A DNA stretch of 64,000 nt from an uncultured cyanobacterium (GTDB lineage: Bacteria > Cyanobacteriota > Cyanobacteriia > Leptolyngbyales > Leptolyngbyaceae): assembly GCA_963766075.1 (NCBI GenBank), contig CAVYAN010000117.1, positions 1 to 64,000 of the forward strand. Direction: 5' to 3'. Positions 30,409 through 41,635 of this stretch are shown piece by piece (position 1 is the stretch's first letter; each line of letters begins with the position of its first letter). A program made the position numbers and the translations under genes. The notes under the pieces are model-generated. The model ran no database searches, was not told the origin of the DNA, and was given only the letters and a program-made list of their open reading frames with translations.

Positions 30409-32437
30409 CTAACTGGCAGCAATCGGTGCTTCAGGCATAGCTTCGGGAGCGACTTCGGGGGTATCGTCGGGGGCTTGGGGCGGATGGAAATAATCATAGA
30501 TCTGCTGAGCCAGACGCGGACCAATGCCGGGGACTGTGGCGATTTGTTGGAGACTGGCCTCTCGGATGTAGTCAATGGAACGGAAGGTCGCAAGGAGTTG
30601 TTTTTGCCGGTGGTGTCCAAGACCGGGGATTTCTTCCAGACGCGATCGCCGCATGCCGATCGCCCCGCTGCTGGCGATGAAAGCTAACGGCAAAGCGGTG
30701 GGCCTCATCCCGCAGGCGACGCAACAACTGGACACCCGGTTGCTCAGAATTCGTTTCTAGGGGTTGAGACTCTCCGGGCAGGAAAATTTCCTCCCGCTGT
30801 TTGGCCAGACTGACCACCCGAATGTCTTCCAGCAGGTTCAGTTCCCGCAGAACGGCCACCACCGCAGACAATTGCCCCTTGCCGCCATCAATCATAATCA
30901 AGTCGGGAAAGTCCCCCAGGGGAGAGGTGTGCTTCCGCAGGACGGCAGACTCATCTTGTTCAGGCTTAATGTCTTCGCCACGGGCCTTGGCCGCCGCGTA
31001 TTTGCGAAAGCGGCGACCAATCACTTCCGCCATGCTGGCAAAATCATCGGAGTGGCCACTGGTAACGGTGGGATCCTTAATTTTGTAGTGGCGGTAATGT
31101 TGCTTAGCGGGCATGCCATCCACAAAGACGACCTGGGAGGCGACCGCATCGGAGCCTTGAATATGGGAAATATCGTAGCCTTCGATACGGCGGGGCAGAT
31201 CGGGCAAATCGAGGATTTCGGCCAGGTCTTGTTGGGCCTGAAGATTGCGATCGGCAAACCGCTGGGTGCGGGCCAGTTCAAATCCAGCATTGCGTTCGAC
31301 CATTTCGATCAGATCCGCTTTGGTTTGGCGCTGGGGGGCGAGGATGGTGACTTTGCGGCCTTTGGCTTGGCTGAGAAAGGCGGCGAGCATCTCCGCTTCT
31401 GGCAGGTCGTGCTGCACCAGAATTTCGGCGGGAATTTCCACCGGATCCACGGTTTGGTAATGTTCTTCCAAGGCCCGCTGGAGAATGGCTCCGGGATCCC
31501 CCGCTTGGGCATCGGCAAAAAAGCCCAAGCGGCCCACCAGTCGTCCGGCCCGGACTTGGAAAAGCTGCACACAGGCATGCTGATCGTCAGCGGCAAGGGC
31601 GATCGCATCGCGGGAAATCGAGCTATCGGGAGAGGCCACTTTTTGATTCGCGCCCAACTGCTGAAGCCCCTTGATCTGATCCCGGATGCGGGCCGCCTGT
31701 TCAAAATTCAGCGTCTCGGCAGCTTGCTCCATCTGCGGGGTCAGCAGGTCTACCAATTCCTCGGTGCGCCCTTGAAAAATCATCGCCACTTTCTTGACCG
31801 TTTTGCGGTACTCCTCAATGGGAATCAGGGCTTGGCAGACGCCGGGACAACGGCCAATGTCGTAGTTGAGGCAGGGGCGATCGCGAAACAGCGGTTGGGG
31901 GCGCTGCCGCAGGGGAAAGGTCCGTTTCACTAAGCTAAGGGTGCCGCGCAAGGCTCCCGTATCGACATAGGGACCGTAATAGCGATCCTGGCCCTTGCCC
32001 AGTTGCCGCCGCCGGGTGATAAAAATCCGGGGATAGTCCTCCGACCAGGTGATGCAGAGGTAGGGATATTTTTTATCATCCTTCAGCAGCACGTTGAAGT
32101 GGGGTTGGTGCTGCTTGATCAGATTGGCTTCCAGCGCTAAGGCTTCGGATTCAGTGTCGGTCACAATGAATTCGATTTCAACGACGCTGTGCATCATCAG
32201 CGCAATGCGGGGCCGATCTTGGTGATCCTGCTGAAAATAGGAGCGGATGCGCGATCGCAGGCGTTTTGATTTGCCAATGTAGAGGATGCGATCGCCACCA
32301 TCGCGCATGTAGTAAACCCCAGGCTCCAGGGGAATTTCCTTCAGGCGGTTTTCGAGGCGTTCTGGATCCTTGATCAAGGGCAGAACCGCATTAGAGGGGA
32401 CAGGCGATGACTGTGGATCGGGCGTCACATGGGACAT
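30409..32437 (-). CDS. uvrC: Excinuclease ABC subunit UvrC; +1 frameshift at about 30656 separates the HhH tail
   Basis: [41 protein letters not shown]; tail [13 protein letters not shown] in ORF 30409-30735. Confidence 0.95.
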
Positions 32438-32595
32438 GACAGAGAAAACTATGGCTAAGACTATTTTATTACTAAGACATATATACTAACAAAACGATTA
32501 CCGATAAGCCGATAAATTCCTATGGCGTTGGAACTGCTGTAGCGCTGGAATTTTGGCGGGCTAGAATTTTGGCGGGCTGTCAGTTTAACGGGCTG

Positions 32596-32997
32596 TCAAT
32601 GTCCTGCCAGTTCTTGTTGAATGGCTGCAATCAATTGAGCGAGCTTGACTGGCTTAACGAGATATTGTCGGGCTCCAAGATTTAAGGCCCGTCGTTGGTC
32701 AGAGGGGAAGGCGTTGGCCGAGACGACGATAACGGGAATTGTGCACCATTCCGACGTTTTCTGAATCCGCTCCAAAATAGTGAATCCGTCTATATCCGGC
32801 AATTTTAGGTCCAGCAGAATCAAGTCGGGATGAAAGTCGGCGATCGCTGTATCAAACGCGTTGCCCGCAACAAGACTATGAACCTGCCATCCACAATATT
32901 CCAGATAATCACTCATCAGTTGACAACTGATTTCATTATCATCAATGAGCAAAATGCGGATGTGCGATGCAGATAGAGATGTTGGGGAAAACATCAT
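32596..32997 (-). CDS. Single-domain CheY-like response regulator
   Basis: LLIDDN, LILLDLKLPDIDG, VVSA, YLVKP. Confidence 0.9.
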   Translation of the reverse strand: MMFSPTSLSASHIRILLIDDNEISCQLMSDYLEYCGWQVHSLVAGNAFDTAIADFHPDLILLDLKLPDIDGFTILERIQKTSEWCTIPVIVVSANAFPSDQRRALNLGARQYLVKPVKLAQLIAAIQQELAGH

Positions 32998-33244
32998 CGA
33001 GTTTCGTGCCGCACGGTTTTCCCTACTATACCTTGGATTCTCTCTATACAGAACGTTAACTGGGACTTGGCCGGAGACTTGGTCAGGCCCTAGGCCCGGT
33101 TATGTCAATCGGCCATCTGGTTTCAATCGACCGGGCAAACCGGGCACATGCTCTATCCGCTCCATTGGGATTATTGATAGTACCTGCGATCGCACGAGGG
33201 CTAAACCTTAGATTAATAAAATAGAACAAACGAACTATATTAAT

Positions 33245-33258
33245 GTGATATTTGATAC
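33245..33258. promoter_or_regulatory. Possible NtcA box (GTG-N8-TAC) about 300 nt upstream of amt
   Basis: GTGATATTTGATAC in AT-rich context; no clear -10 at canonical spacing. Confidence 0.3.
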
Positions 33259-33551
33259 GGAATAGGCTGTCTAAAAATGGTCGGATTCTTATATCAATCT
33301 TCAACATAAATGAACTTAATCCTAAGGTCTTGTCTCAGTTATTGATAGACAGAAATCAATGCTGGTTCCTAATCTTTCGGATTGCCATTTTTTTGAGAGT
33401 GAAAAATAGGAGTTGTGGAAACTATTTGAGACCCTAGGGTCAATTGCTTCACTCAGAAACGCTGGGTAGCATGACGGTGTGCACCGCTTAGTCTTTTCAG
33501 AGACTATTTGTACGAATTAATTGATTGAACTCATGCAGGAACGTTGCAACT

Positions 33552-35093
33552 ATGTCGAATTTGATGTTTGATCGCCGACCAAAACGCGGTCTAGATGCCC
33601 CATTCAAGTGGCGGAGCCAGTGGCTATCGCCTGACTGGTATGCCAAAAAGCTTTCCCCCACCTGGCAGGCTTGCATCCCTCTAACATTTTTAATCCTTCT
33701 GGTTTGGGGGTATGCTGCCGTAGCCGCAGATGCACCCAAGGTTGAAGATATGGTTGCCGAACTAAAGGTCGGCATGGACACCATGTGGGTGATGATTGCG
33801 GGGATGTTGGTGTTCTTTATGAATGCGGGTTTCTGCATGTTAGAAACCGGATTTTGCCGTCAAAAAAATGCGGTGAATGTATTGGCAAAAAACCTGATTG
33901 TATTTTCGCTGGCAACTATTGCGTTCTGGGCGATCGGCTTTGGGCTGATGTTTAGCGATGGCAATGGATTTCTCGGCACCAGCGGTGGATTTTTCCTCAC
34001 AGGTGAAGACAACAGCCCCGCAACCTTGGAGGCTTACAAGGGCATTTTCAGTGCGTTGAATTGGACCGGAGTACCTCTTGGTGCGAAGTTCTTTTTCCAA
34101 CTGGTCTTTGCCGGAACTGCCGCAACGATTGTTTCGGGTGCCGTAGCCGAACGGATCAAATTCGTTAGTTTCTTGCTCTTTAGTCTGCTGCTGGTAGGTA
34201 TTGCGTATCCCATCACCGGGCATTGGATTTGGGGCGGCGGTTGGTTGTACAAGCTGGGTTTCTTTGATTTTGCGGGTTCCACTGTGGTGCACGCCATGGG
34301 GGGCTGGAGCGCCTTGGTGGGAGCAATTTTCCTGGGTCCGCGCATTGGTAAGTACAATGCTGATGGTTCTGCCAATGCCATTCCCGCCCACAACATGAGC
34401 ATTGCGACTTTGGGTGCCTTGATTCTGTGGTTAGGTTGGTTTGGATTTAATCCAGGTTCAACCATGGGTGTAGGCAATGGCAATGCTTTGGTGCATATTG
34501 CCTTGACAACCAATACTGGGGCAGCCTTTGGCGGTGTGGCGGCTACCATCGTGGCTTGGCTTTACTTAGGTAAACCGGATCTGTCGATGGTTATTAATGG
34601 ATTGTTGGCCGGTCTGGTGGCGGTAACGGCTCCCTGTGCTTTTATCAGTGTGCCTTCTGCTGCTGTCATTGGGACGATTGGCGGCGTGCTAGTCGTGTTT
34701 GCGGTCGGCTTCTTTGATGGGTTGAAAATTGATGACCCGGTGGGTGCCGTTTCTGTTCACTTAATTAATGGCGTGTGGGGCACGATCGCCCTGGGTCTGT
34801 TTAGCGAAGCGGACAAGTTTGGCTCTGCTGGTCCCAAATTGGGGCTGCTGTTTGGCGGTGGCTTTGAACAGTTAATGCCGCAAATCATTGGCACGGTGGC
34901 AGTGGCGGTTATGACGATTGTGACCACTTCTATTTTCTGGATTGTGCTGAAGGCGACTTTAGGCATCCGGGTGGATGAGGAAGAGGAACTGATGGGTTTG
35001 GATATGAGCGAGCACAGCATGGAAGCCTATGCTGGGTTTGTCAAAGAGTCTGCGGGCGTTCACAGCCGTTTTTCGGATAAGGCGATCCTCTAG
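33552..35093 (+). CDS. amt: Ammonium transporter
   Basis: FFMNAGFCMLETG, FAGTAATIVSGAVAER, DFAGSTVVH, WLGWFGFNPGS, DDPVGAVSVH. Confidence 0.97.
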   Translation: MSNLMFDRRPKRGLDAPFKWRSQWLSPDWYAKKLSPTWQACIPLTFLILLVWGYAAVAADAPKVEDMVAELKVGMDTMWVMIAGMLVFFMNAGFCMLETGFCRQKNAVNVLAKNLIVFSLATIAFWAIGFGLMFSDGNGFLGTSGGFFLTGEDNSPATLEAYKGIFSALNWTGVPLGAKFFFQLVFAGTAATIVSGAVAERIKFVSFLLFSLLLVGIAYPITGHWIWGGGWLYKLGFFDFAGSTVVHAMGGWSALVGAIFLGPRIGKYNADGSANAIPAHNMSIATLGALILWLGWFGFNPGSTMGVGNGNALVHIALTTNTGAAFGGVAATIVAWLYLGKPDLSMVINGLLAGLVAVTAPCAFISVPSAAVIGTIGGVLVVFAVGFFDGLKIDDPVGAVSVHLINGVWGTIALGLFSEADKFGSAGPKLGLLFGGGFEQLMPQIIGTVAVAVMTIVTTSIFWIVLKATLGIRVDEEEELMGLDMSEHSMEAYAGFVKESAGVHSRFSDKAIL

Positions 35094-35157
35094 GAACTTC
35101 TTTCTAGCAAACTTTTTCTAGCATTTGTGCTGGCGATGATTTCGTCAAAGGGTCAGC

Positions 35158-35195
35158 GGTGTGAGAATGGTGTAGCCACTCTCCACCGTTTTTTA
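35158..35195 (+). terminator. Probable intrinsic terminator after amt
   Basis: CGGTGTGAGAATGG...CCACTCTCCACCG imperfect stem followed by TTTTTT. Confidence 0.55.
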
Positions 35196-35208
35196 TTGAG
35201 AACATTCA

Positions 35209-35601
35209 ATGCCAACAACCATCGCCCTGATTGCCCACGATCGCAAAAAAGCCGACATCGTTAGCTTTGCGGAAACCCATGCAAATCACTTGGCTGATTA
35301 TCGGCTGATTGCCACGGGCACCACGGGACAGCGCATTCAAGCCGCAACCCACCTCCCTGTTGAGTGCAAATTGTCCGGCCCCTTGGGAGGGGATGCTCAA
35401 ATTGCCGCAGAAGTTGTGGGTGGTGATGTAATCGCAGTGATTTTCCTGATTGATCCGCTGTACGCGCAGCCCCATGAACCGGATATTCAAGCGCTATTGC
35501 GGATTTGTGAAGTGCATAACGTGGCGATCGCCACCAATCTTGCGACGGCAGCAGCGATTATGCTGTGGTTGCCAAACTCAGGCCAGGGCTTACGCTCCTA
35601 G
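35209..35601 (+). CDS. mgsA: Methylglyoxal synthase
   Basis: [36 protein letters not shown]. Confidence 0.96.
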   Translation: MPTTIALIAHDRKKADIVSFAETHANHLADYRLIATGTTGQRIQAATHLPVECKLSGPLGGDAQIAAEVVGGDVIAVIFLIDPLYAQPHEPDIQALLRICEVHNVAIATNLATAAAIMLWLPNSGQGLRS

Positions 35602-35673
35602 GGTTTAAAACACGCCCTAGGATTTTTAATTGGTTTTTAATTTTTAGCGCTGCTTTAATGCTGTCCTGCGGCA

Positions 35674-36933
35674 CTAGCTGTCCACAATTAACCGCCCCCC
35701 CTTGACGGAACAAATCTGGGATGAATGCAGCCATTGGGCATCAAATGCTCCCAAATGCGTGGTGGTAATTAACGTTTGAAAGCGGTCTTGAATCGCATCC
35801 AGCAATTGATTTTGCCGTTTGAGATCCAGCTCTGCCAGCACATCATCCAACAATAGTAAGGGGGGTTCGCCAATCACTTCTTCGATTAACCGGAGTTCGG
35901 CAAGTTTCAGCGCGAGGACAAGGGTGCGCTGTTGGCCTTGGGATCCGTACTGCTTGGCAGAGGTGTGGTTGATGGCAAATTCAACATCGTCTCGGTGGGG
36001 ACCGACTAGGGTAGTGCCTTGGAATTTCTCGGCGATCGCCCGCTCTTGCAATCGCCCCAAAAATGCCTGCTGAATCACCTCTGGCTCATCTATCACCAAC
36101 GGGACATTGGGCGCATAGACCACCTCTAAATCCTCCTGGCTGCCACTAATCGCCCGGTGCCACTCCAGTGCCAGCGGAGCCAAACGCCGAATCACCCGTG
36201 CCCGTCGTCGAATTACCCGCGTGCCCGCTACGGCCAGTTGAACATTCCACAGGTGGAGTTCGTCTGGATGGGGGCGGTTCGGTTCGGGCAATACGGGCGG
36301 ACTGGTGGCCAGCGGCGGCGGATAAGCAGAGGCCGGTTCCGCCACGCGCAGTGGCGCAGGATCAAGATCCCTAAGGAGGGCCTCTGATCCCCAATTTCCG
36401 CCACGATCCTCACCCATGGCCGCTTTTTGCAGCGTTTTGAGCAAGGCATTGCGCTGACGCAGCACCTGGTTGTACTGCTGCAAAATTGAGGCGTAGATGG
36501 GTTCCAGTTGAATCAGTAATCCATCTAGCCAGTGGCGACGCTGCTCTGGGCCACCTCGCACCAACTCTAAGTCCAGGCTAGAAAATTCCACCAGGTTGAG
36601 GGTGCCGAGAAAGTCCAAGTGGCGGCGTAGGGTTTCCCCATTCAAGCCAACCGAACGCCGTCCTGCGGTCCTCAGGGTGAGGGCCAAGTCCACAGGCCCG
36701 AGATCGCGCTGGACCTGCGCTGTAATCTGAGCCAAGGATTCGCCTTCGTGAATCATGTCGCGATCGCGGCTGGTGCGGTGCGATCGCAGCGTAGACAGCA
36801 GTTCCACCGCCTCTAGTAAATTGGATTTGCCTTGGGCGTTATCGCCTACCAAAATTGTCTTGGCTGCCGAAAATTCGACCTGCTGCTCACGGTAGTTGCG
36901 AAAATTGCGAAGGTGAAGCTGGCGAAGGTACAT
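35674..36933 (-). CDS. recF: DNA replication/repair protein RecF (with a Pro-rich insertion)
   Basis: [42 protein letters not shown]. Confidence 0.97.
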   Translation of the reverse strand: MYLRQLHLRNFRNYREQQVEFSAAKTILVGDNAQGKSNLLEAVELLSTLRSHRTSRDRDMIHEGESLAQITAQVQRDLGPVDLALTLRTAGRRSVGLNGETLRRHLDFLGTLNLVEFSSLDLELVRGGPEQRRHWLDGLLIQLEPIYASILQQYNQVLRQRNALLKTLQKAAMGEDRGGNWGSEALLRDLDPAPLRVAEPASAYPPPLATSPPVLPEPNRPHPDELHLWNVQLAVAGTRVIRRRARVIRRLAPLALEWHRAISGSQEDLEVVYAPNVPLVIDEPEVIQQAFLGRLQERAIAEKFQGTTLVGPHRDDVEFAINHTSAKQYGSQGQQRTLVLALKLAELRLIEEVIGEPPLLLLDDVLAELDLKRQNQLLDAIQDRFQTLITTTHLGAFDAQWLHSSQICSVKGGRLIVDS

Positions 36934-36940
36934 GGAACAG

Positions 36941-38206
36941 CTATTCCGTGAGGTTACGTCCTTTCACGCCGGCGAGGAGCGTTGCATCCAGGACATCCCC
37001 CTCCGTGTAGTAACCTGCCGCTTTTTTAGCTTCCATTTCCACACGGGCATCGGCGGGGATCAGGTCGTCCGGAATCGGAATGCGGGTCACCACTTCAATA
37101 CCAGAGCGGGTAATGGCATTGTATTTCATATCGCTCATGGAAATCAGCCGATCAATCCGCGTCACTCCCAGCCAATGCAGGGCATCCGGCATCAGTTCCT
37201 GAAAGCGCATGTCTTGAACCCCAGCCACGCATTCGGTCCGCGCGAAGTAGGCATCCGCGCGATCGCCCCCTTCCTGGCGTTTGCGAGCGTTGTAGACCAA
37301 AAACTTGGTGACTTCGCCCAAGGCACGCCCTTCCTTGCGGAAGTAGATAATCACCCCAGCGCCGCCGTCCTGAGCCGTTTTAACACATTCTTCAATGCCA
37401 TGGGCCAAATAGGGCCGGCAGGTGCAAATATCGGAGCCAAACACGTCAGAGCCATTGCACTCGTCGTGGATGCGTACAGTCAGTTCGCGATCGCGATCGG
37501 TAATCGCCGCCACGCTCCCCAGAATATAAATCGTCATGCCCCCAATCGGCGGCAAAAATACATGCAGATCCGGACGGGTCACCAGTTCCGGAAACATGCC
37601 CCCGGTTTGCTCAAACAGAATCCGACGCAACTCAGCTTCGGCGGTGCCCAGGCGTTTTGCCAGTCCCGGTAAATACCACACGGGCTCGATCGCCGCTTTC
37701 GTTACCACCAAATCCCCGTTGGCTTTCATCACTGTGCCATCTACCCGCAGTCGTCCTTGCTGCACGGCGTCCAAGATCTCTGGCATATTGATATGAGCTT
37801 GGGTGACGGCGATCGTCGGGCGAATGTCATAGCCCTGGGTATAAAAATCGCTAAATACCTCGCCGACCAACGCACCAAAGGGATCCAACGCCACAATCTT
37901 CTCGGCATCGAACCAGGCAGAATGGGGGCCAATTACTGCCGCTGGCGACGTATTGGTCAAGTCAGCGCGGTGATCCGACTGGAGCCTGCCGCTGGCAACG
38001 GCCAGGGCACGATAGACCCCATAGGCCCCAGAGTGGGAGCCAATCACATTACGCTGGGCCGCATTCGTTAGGGTCCCAATGACCGGACCGCGCTGCAACG
38101 GATCCGGGTGACCCCACTGGATCGCCGTTGGTTTTGGCCCAAAGCGCGTCGGGTGTGAAGTGAGAACAATATGTTTAGGCTTGGATTCGAGCTTGTCACG
38201 CGGCAT
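36941..38206 (-). CDS. GTP cyclohydrolase II-like protein with N-terminal extension (URC1 type)
   Basis: [60 protein letters not shown]. Confidence 0.88.
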   Translation of the reverse strand: MPRDKLESKPKHIVLTSHPTRFGPKPTAIQWGHPDPLQRGPVIGTLTNAAQRNVIGSHSGAYGVYRALAVASGRLQSDHRADLTNTSPAAVIGPHSAWFDAEKIVALDPFGALVGEVFSDFYTQGYDIRPTIAVTQAHINMPEILDAVQQGRLRVDGTVMKANGDLVVTKAAIEPVWYLPGLAKRLGTAEAELRRILFEQTGGMFPELVTRPDLHVFLPPIGGMTIYILGSVAAITDRDRELTVRIHDECNGSDVFGSDICTCRPYLAHGIEECVKTAQDGGAGVIIYFRKEGRALGEVTKFLVYNARKRQEGGDRADAYFARTECVAGVQDMRFQELMPDALHWLGVTRIDRLISMSDMKYNAITRSGIEVVTRIPIPDDLIPADARVEMEAKKAAGYYTEGDVLDATLLAGVKGRNLTE

Positions 38207-38337
38207 AGATGCTACCCACAAAATTAAGCTAACTCAGAGCTGGCACCGTCCGTTATCGTCGCACATGGATGAATTGTGAAATGTCCGATGATAACAGGCT
38301 GAGGCCCAAACGCTGGTCAATACAGAATACCCGTGCC

Positions 38338-39291
38338 CTACTGCTCGGCTTGCTCGTAGGCTTCCACAATTTTTTGCACAAGTGGATGACGGACTACATC
38401 CCCCTTCGAGAGGTGACAAAAGGCAATGGTATCGATCCGGCTCAAAATACGTTCCGCCATAGCCAACCCGGAAAGCTGGCCCAGGGGTAAATCGGTCTGG
38501 GTCAGATCACCTGTCACAACCATGCGCGACTTAAATCCAAGTCGTGTCAGAATCATCTTCATCTGGGCCGGAGTCGTATTCTGGGCTTCGTCCAGGATGA
38601 CAAAGGCGTTGTTGAGGGTCCGCCCGCGCATGTAGGCGATCGGCGCGACTTCAATGACGCCCCGCTCCATCAGGCCAGGAATTTTTTCGGGATCAATGAA
38701 TTCGTAGAGAGCATCGTAGAGGGGGCGCAGGTAGGGATCAATTTTTTGCTGAAGATCTCCGGGCAAAAAGCCAAGTCGCTCCCCTGCTTCCACGGCTGGA
38801 CGGGTGAGAATAATCCGCTCGTACTGATTGGCGAGAAGCGCCTGAACTGCCAGAACTGCCGCCAAAAAGGTCTTGCCGGTGCCAGCAGGGCCAATGCAAA
38901 ATGTTAAATCATGGGTTTGAACCGCTTGAATATACTGGCGCTGCCGAAAGGTCTTCGCTCGGATGGCTTCACCTTTGCGGGTACGGGCCAAAACATCCTG
39001 CTGTAGATTTTGCAGCTCCGTTTCCCGGTGGGTATTAATGGCTTGGCGGGCTGTGAGAATATCAACGCCGGAAACAGCGGACCCGTGTCCCCAGAGAATC
39101 TCTAAGTCGCGGATGAGGCGACTGCACAAATCAATTTGGGCGGTGGTGCCCGCGATTAATAGCTCTTGTCCCCGTAAAACTAGCTTGGCGCCCGTTTGAT
39201 GGGCAAGGGTTTTTAGGTTTTCTTCGCGATCGCCCGCCAAGGCGATCGCACTCTCAATGCTCGGCAATTGAATCGCGATAGACTCTGCCAT
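38338..39291 (-). CDS. phoH: PhoH family ATPase
   Basis: GPAGTGKT, RPAVEAGERLGFLPG, YMRGRT, LDEAQN, DVVRHPLV. Confidence 0.95.
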   Translation of the reverse strand: MAESIAIQLPSIESAIALAGDREENLKTLAHQTGAKLVLRGQELLIAGTTAQIDLCSRLIRDLEILWGHGSAVSGVDILTARQAINTHRETELQNLQQDVLARTRKGEAIRAKTFRQRQYIQAVQTHDLTFCIGPAGTGKTFLAAVLAVQALLANQYERIILTRPAVEAGERLGFLPGDLQQKIDPYLRPLYDALYEFIDPEKIPGLMERGVIEVAPIAYMRGRTLNNAFVILDEAQNTTPAQMKMILTRLGFKSRMVVTGDLTQTDLPLGQLSGLAMAERILSRIDTIAFCHLSKGDVVRHPLVQKIVEAYEQAEQ

Positions 39292-39353
39292 GGGGATAAA
39301 TTGATGAGAAAACCGGGTCTAGAGAACACCAGCCTAGAACTAGACGACTTGAA

Positions 39354-39899
39354 CTATACAGAGCTGGATTCTGCAGAGTCAGGATCTGTAGATTTGAAAT
39401 CTGAAGGGCTGAAATCTGAAGGGCTTAAATTCGAGGGGCCGGGAGCAGAGGATGAAGGGGGAGCGACCTTAGGAACAGGACGCGGACGCGGTTTGCTGCT
39501 CCCTTCCTCGGGTCGCGGCTCCTGCCGGCGATCGCTCACTGGACCCGCAGAACGCCGCGGGCGATCGCCGCGCGGTGTAGAGGATTCATAGTGACCTTCG
39601 CCTTCGGAACCAGACGCTCCAAACACGTCCAAATGCGCTGAGTAGCCTGTCATCTGGGCGGCGGCGGCCAAAACGGTGCGAATCGCCTGAATGTTGCGCC
39701 CCCCCCGGCCAAATACCCTTCCTTTATCGGAACCTTCAAAGGCAACCCGAACCAAGACCTTGCTGCGAGAGGGAAACACTTCACAGTCAACGCGAAGCGC
39801 CGTCGGAACCTCTAGAAAAGGCTGCACCAAAAACCTCACCAACCCTGCATAGTCTGGGGTGGCGGAGTTGAGTGAAGAAGAGGTCCTCGATTCAGGCAT
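39354..39899 (-). CDS. khpA: KH-domain RNA-binding protein (KhpA/YlqC-like) with low-complexity tail
   Basis: DKGRVFGRGGRNIQAIR; between rpsP and phoH. Confidence 0.85.
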   Translation of the reverse strand: MPESRTSSSLNSATPDYAGLVRFLVQPFLEVPTALRVDCEVFPSRSKVLVRVAFEGSDKGRVFGRGGRNIQAIRTVLAAAAQMTGYSAHLDVFGASGSEGEGHYESSTPRGDRPRRSAGPVSDRRQEPRPEEGSSKPRPRPVPKVAPPSSSAPGPSNLSPSDFSPSDFKSTDPDSAESSSV

Positions 39900-39967
39900 T
39901 ACTGGCTCAACACTTACCTAACGACGCGGCCTACTTGCGGCCTATTTCAGCAACGGCCCATAAATGC

Positions 39968-40234
39968 CTACTGAGCAGAGGGCTGGGCGGGAGTGACCTG
40001 CTCAAGAACATTGTTCTTTCTCAGAATATCGCGCACAGTATCGGTGGGCTGGGCACCTTGCTGCAGGCGACGGACTAAGCCCTCGACATTCAGCCGAACT
40101 TCATCGGTGCGGGGATTATAGAAGCCCAGTTCTTCAAGGGGACGACCATCACGCCGATCCTGGCTGTTCATGGCCACAATCCGATAACTTACTTCACGCT
40201 TTTTACCGTAACGCTTCAATCGCAGCTTGATCAT
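39968..40234 (-). CDS. rpsP: 30S ribosomal protein S16
   Basis: [20 protein letters not shown]...[15 protein letters not shown]...GAQPTDTV. Confidence 0.98.
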   Translation of the reverse strand: MIKLRLKRYGKKREVSYRIVAMNSQDRRDGRPLEELGFYNPRTDEVRLNVEGLVRRLQQGAQPTDTVRDILRKNNVLEQVTPAQPSAQ

Positions 40235-40492
40235 GGTGCTAAGAGACTTTCATGTTGAAGGGGAAAATTGAATCCACTGACTAAATGCAGAGGCATATGA
40301 TATTAACACACAATTGAAGCCTTCGGAAAATCGAAACTCGGAATAGACTAGGGGGATTACGCACGGAGACAACTCCCGTTGCTGGCATGCGGTCGGTCAC
40401 AATTGACAGAACTTTGTAGACTGGAATCGGTAGACTGGAATCAGAAATTGCCGAAATCGCTGAAACGTACGGATAAAAATTAGGCGCATCCT

Positions 40493-41609
40493 ATGGTTGG
40501 AACCGCTGCACAAATTGCCCGAGATATTGCCGCATTGGAGCATACCGTTGCGGAATTGGCCGACTCTTTTCATTGTGCCTATTTTGATTATTTGACAGCG
40601 CTCGGGCAGGCTATCCGCCGCCAACTGATTTTGGCCTGTTATCACATCTGCACCCAGTCCCATCCCGATCGCTTCCTAAAGCTGTCCTATAACCAACGGC
40701 AACAGTTGCAGAAAACTCTGCAATGCTTGGCAATCCAAGCGCAAGACGAACTGCTCGCCTGCCTGCTGCCCCCCGGCATCGAACTGCTGACCGAGAGCGC
40801 AGCCCCGGAAGCCCCCGCGTCAACGGTATTGTTTAGCCCTGATCCAGCGTTTCCGCTGGAGCCGTCGTTTTTTCTACCTGCGATGCCCCCTCACCCTGTG
40901 GGGCCCTCCCCTAGTCCTGCACCTGCGGCGATGGCTCCCGAGGGAATGGCTCCTAGAAACGACCCTGGCACAGATGCCCCGCCTGCATCCCCCGCACCCA
41001 AACCCATTACTCCTCTCCTGCTGAGCCAGTGGCATCGCGATCTGGAGCAAGCGATCGACGAAGAACTACGGACAGCCTCCCATGCCGCAAATCGCATTCT
41101 GCAACAGGCTGGCATCCTGTCTAAAGCATTACCCGAAGCGCTGCTCGATATGACCGCCAGTACCGAGGGAGCGGACATGGGAGGCCATGTTCCCAATGTC
41201 CTAAATTTGCTGGTGGGTGAGGGAATGGGCGAACTGCTGGGGAATCGTGGGATGGGCGATCGCGAGCTAAGACGATCGCAGGCCCACCGATCGGAGCGTA
41301 GACCATCGTGAGCCGGATCATCGCCGATCGGGCGATCGCGGGTTAGGCGATCGCCCGGAGCGTAATCTGAAACTTGATCACTCGGGACCAGATGATGCAA
41401 AATCCCCTGTAATTATGCAAGTGAGTGCGATTCACCTGCGTCTGACCGAAATTGAATTTGCCGATGCCGCGCTTACCCCCGCACGCACTAAAATCCGGAC
41501 CCTGTCAGCCCAACTGAGAAATTTGGGGCGCGAGTACCAGAAGAAGATGCGAGAGCAGGCGATCGCCGAAGCCCAAGCCGCATGGCGCTCCAGTTGGATG
41601 GAGGATTAA
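40493..41609 (+). CDS. Conserved cyanobacterial hypothetical protein; +1 frameshift near 41269 joins ORFs 40493-41311 and 41415-41609
   Basis: Removing one A at GAGCTAAGAC gives an open frame ...ELDDRRPTDRSVDHREP...VIMQVSAIHLRLTEIEFAD...AQAAWRSSW. Confidence 0.7.
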
Positions 41610-41635
41610 GGTATCTGCACCGATGGCGAACAAGT

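Noticed and set aside
30764..31933. Long antisense ORFs (389 aa here; also 14699-15667, 36932-37672, 58958-59671, 60931-61788)
   Set aside because: Shadow frames opposite well-conserved genes, with no recognisable motifs.
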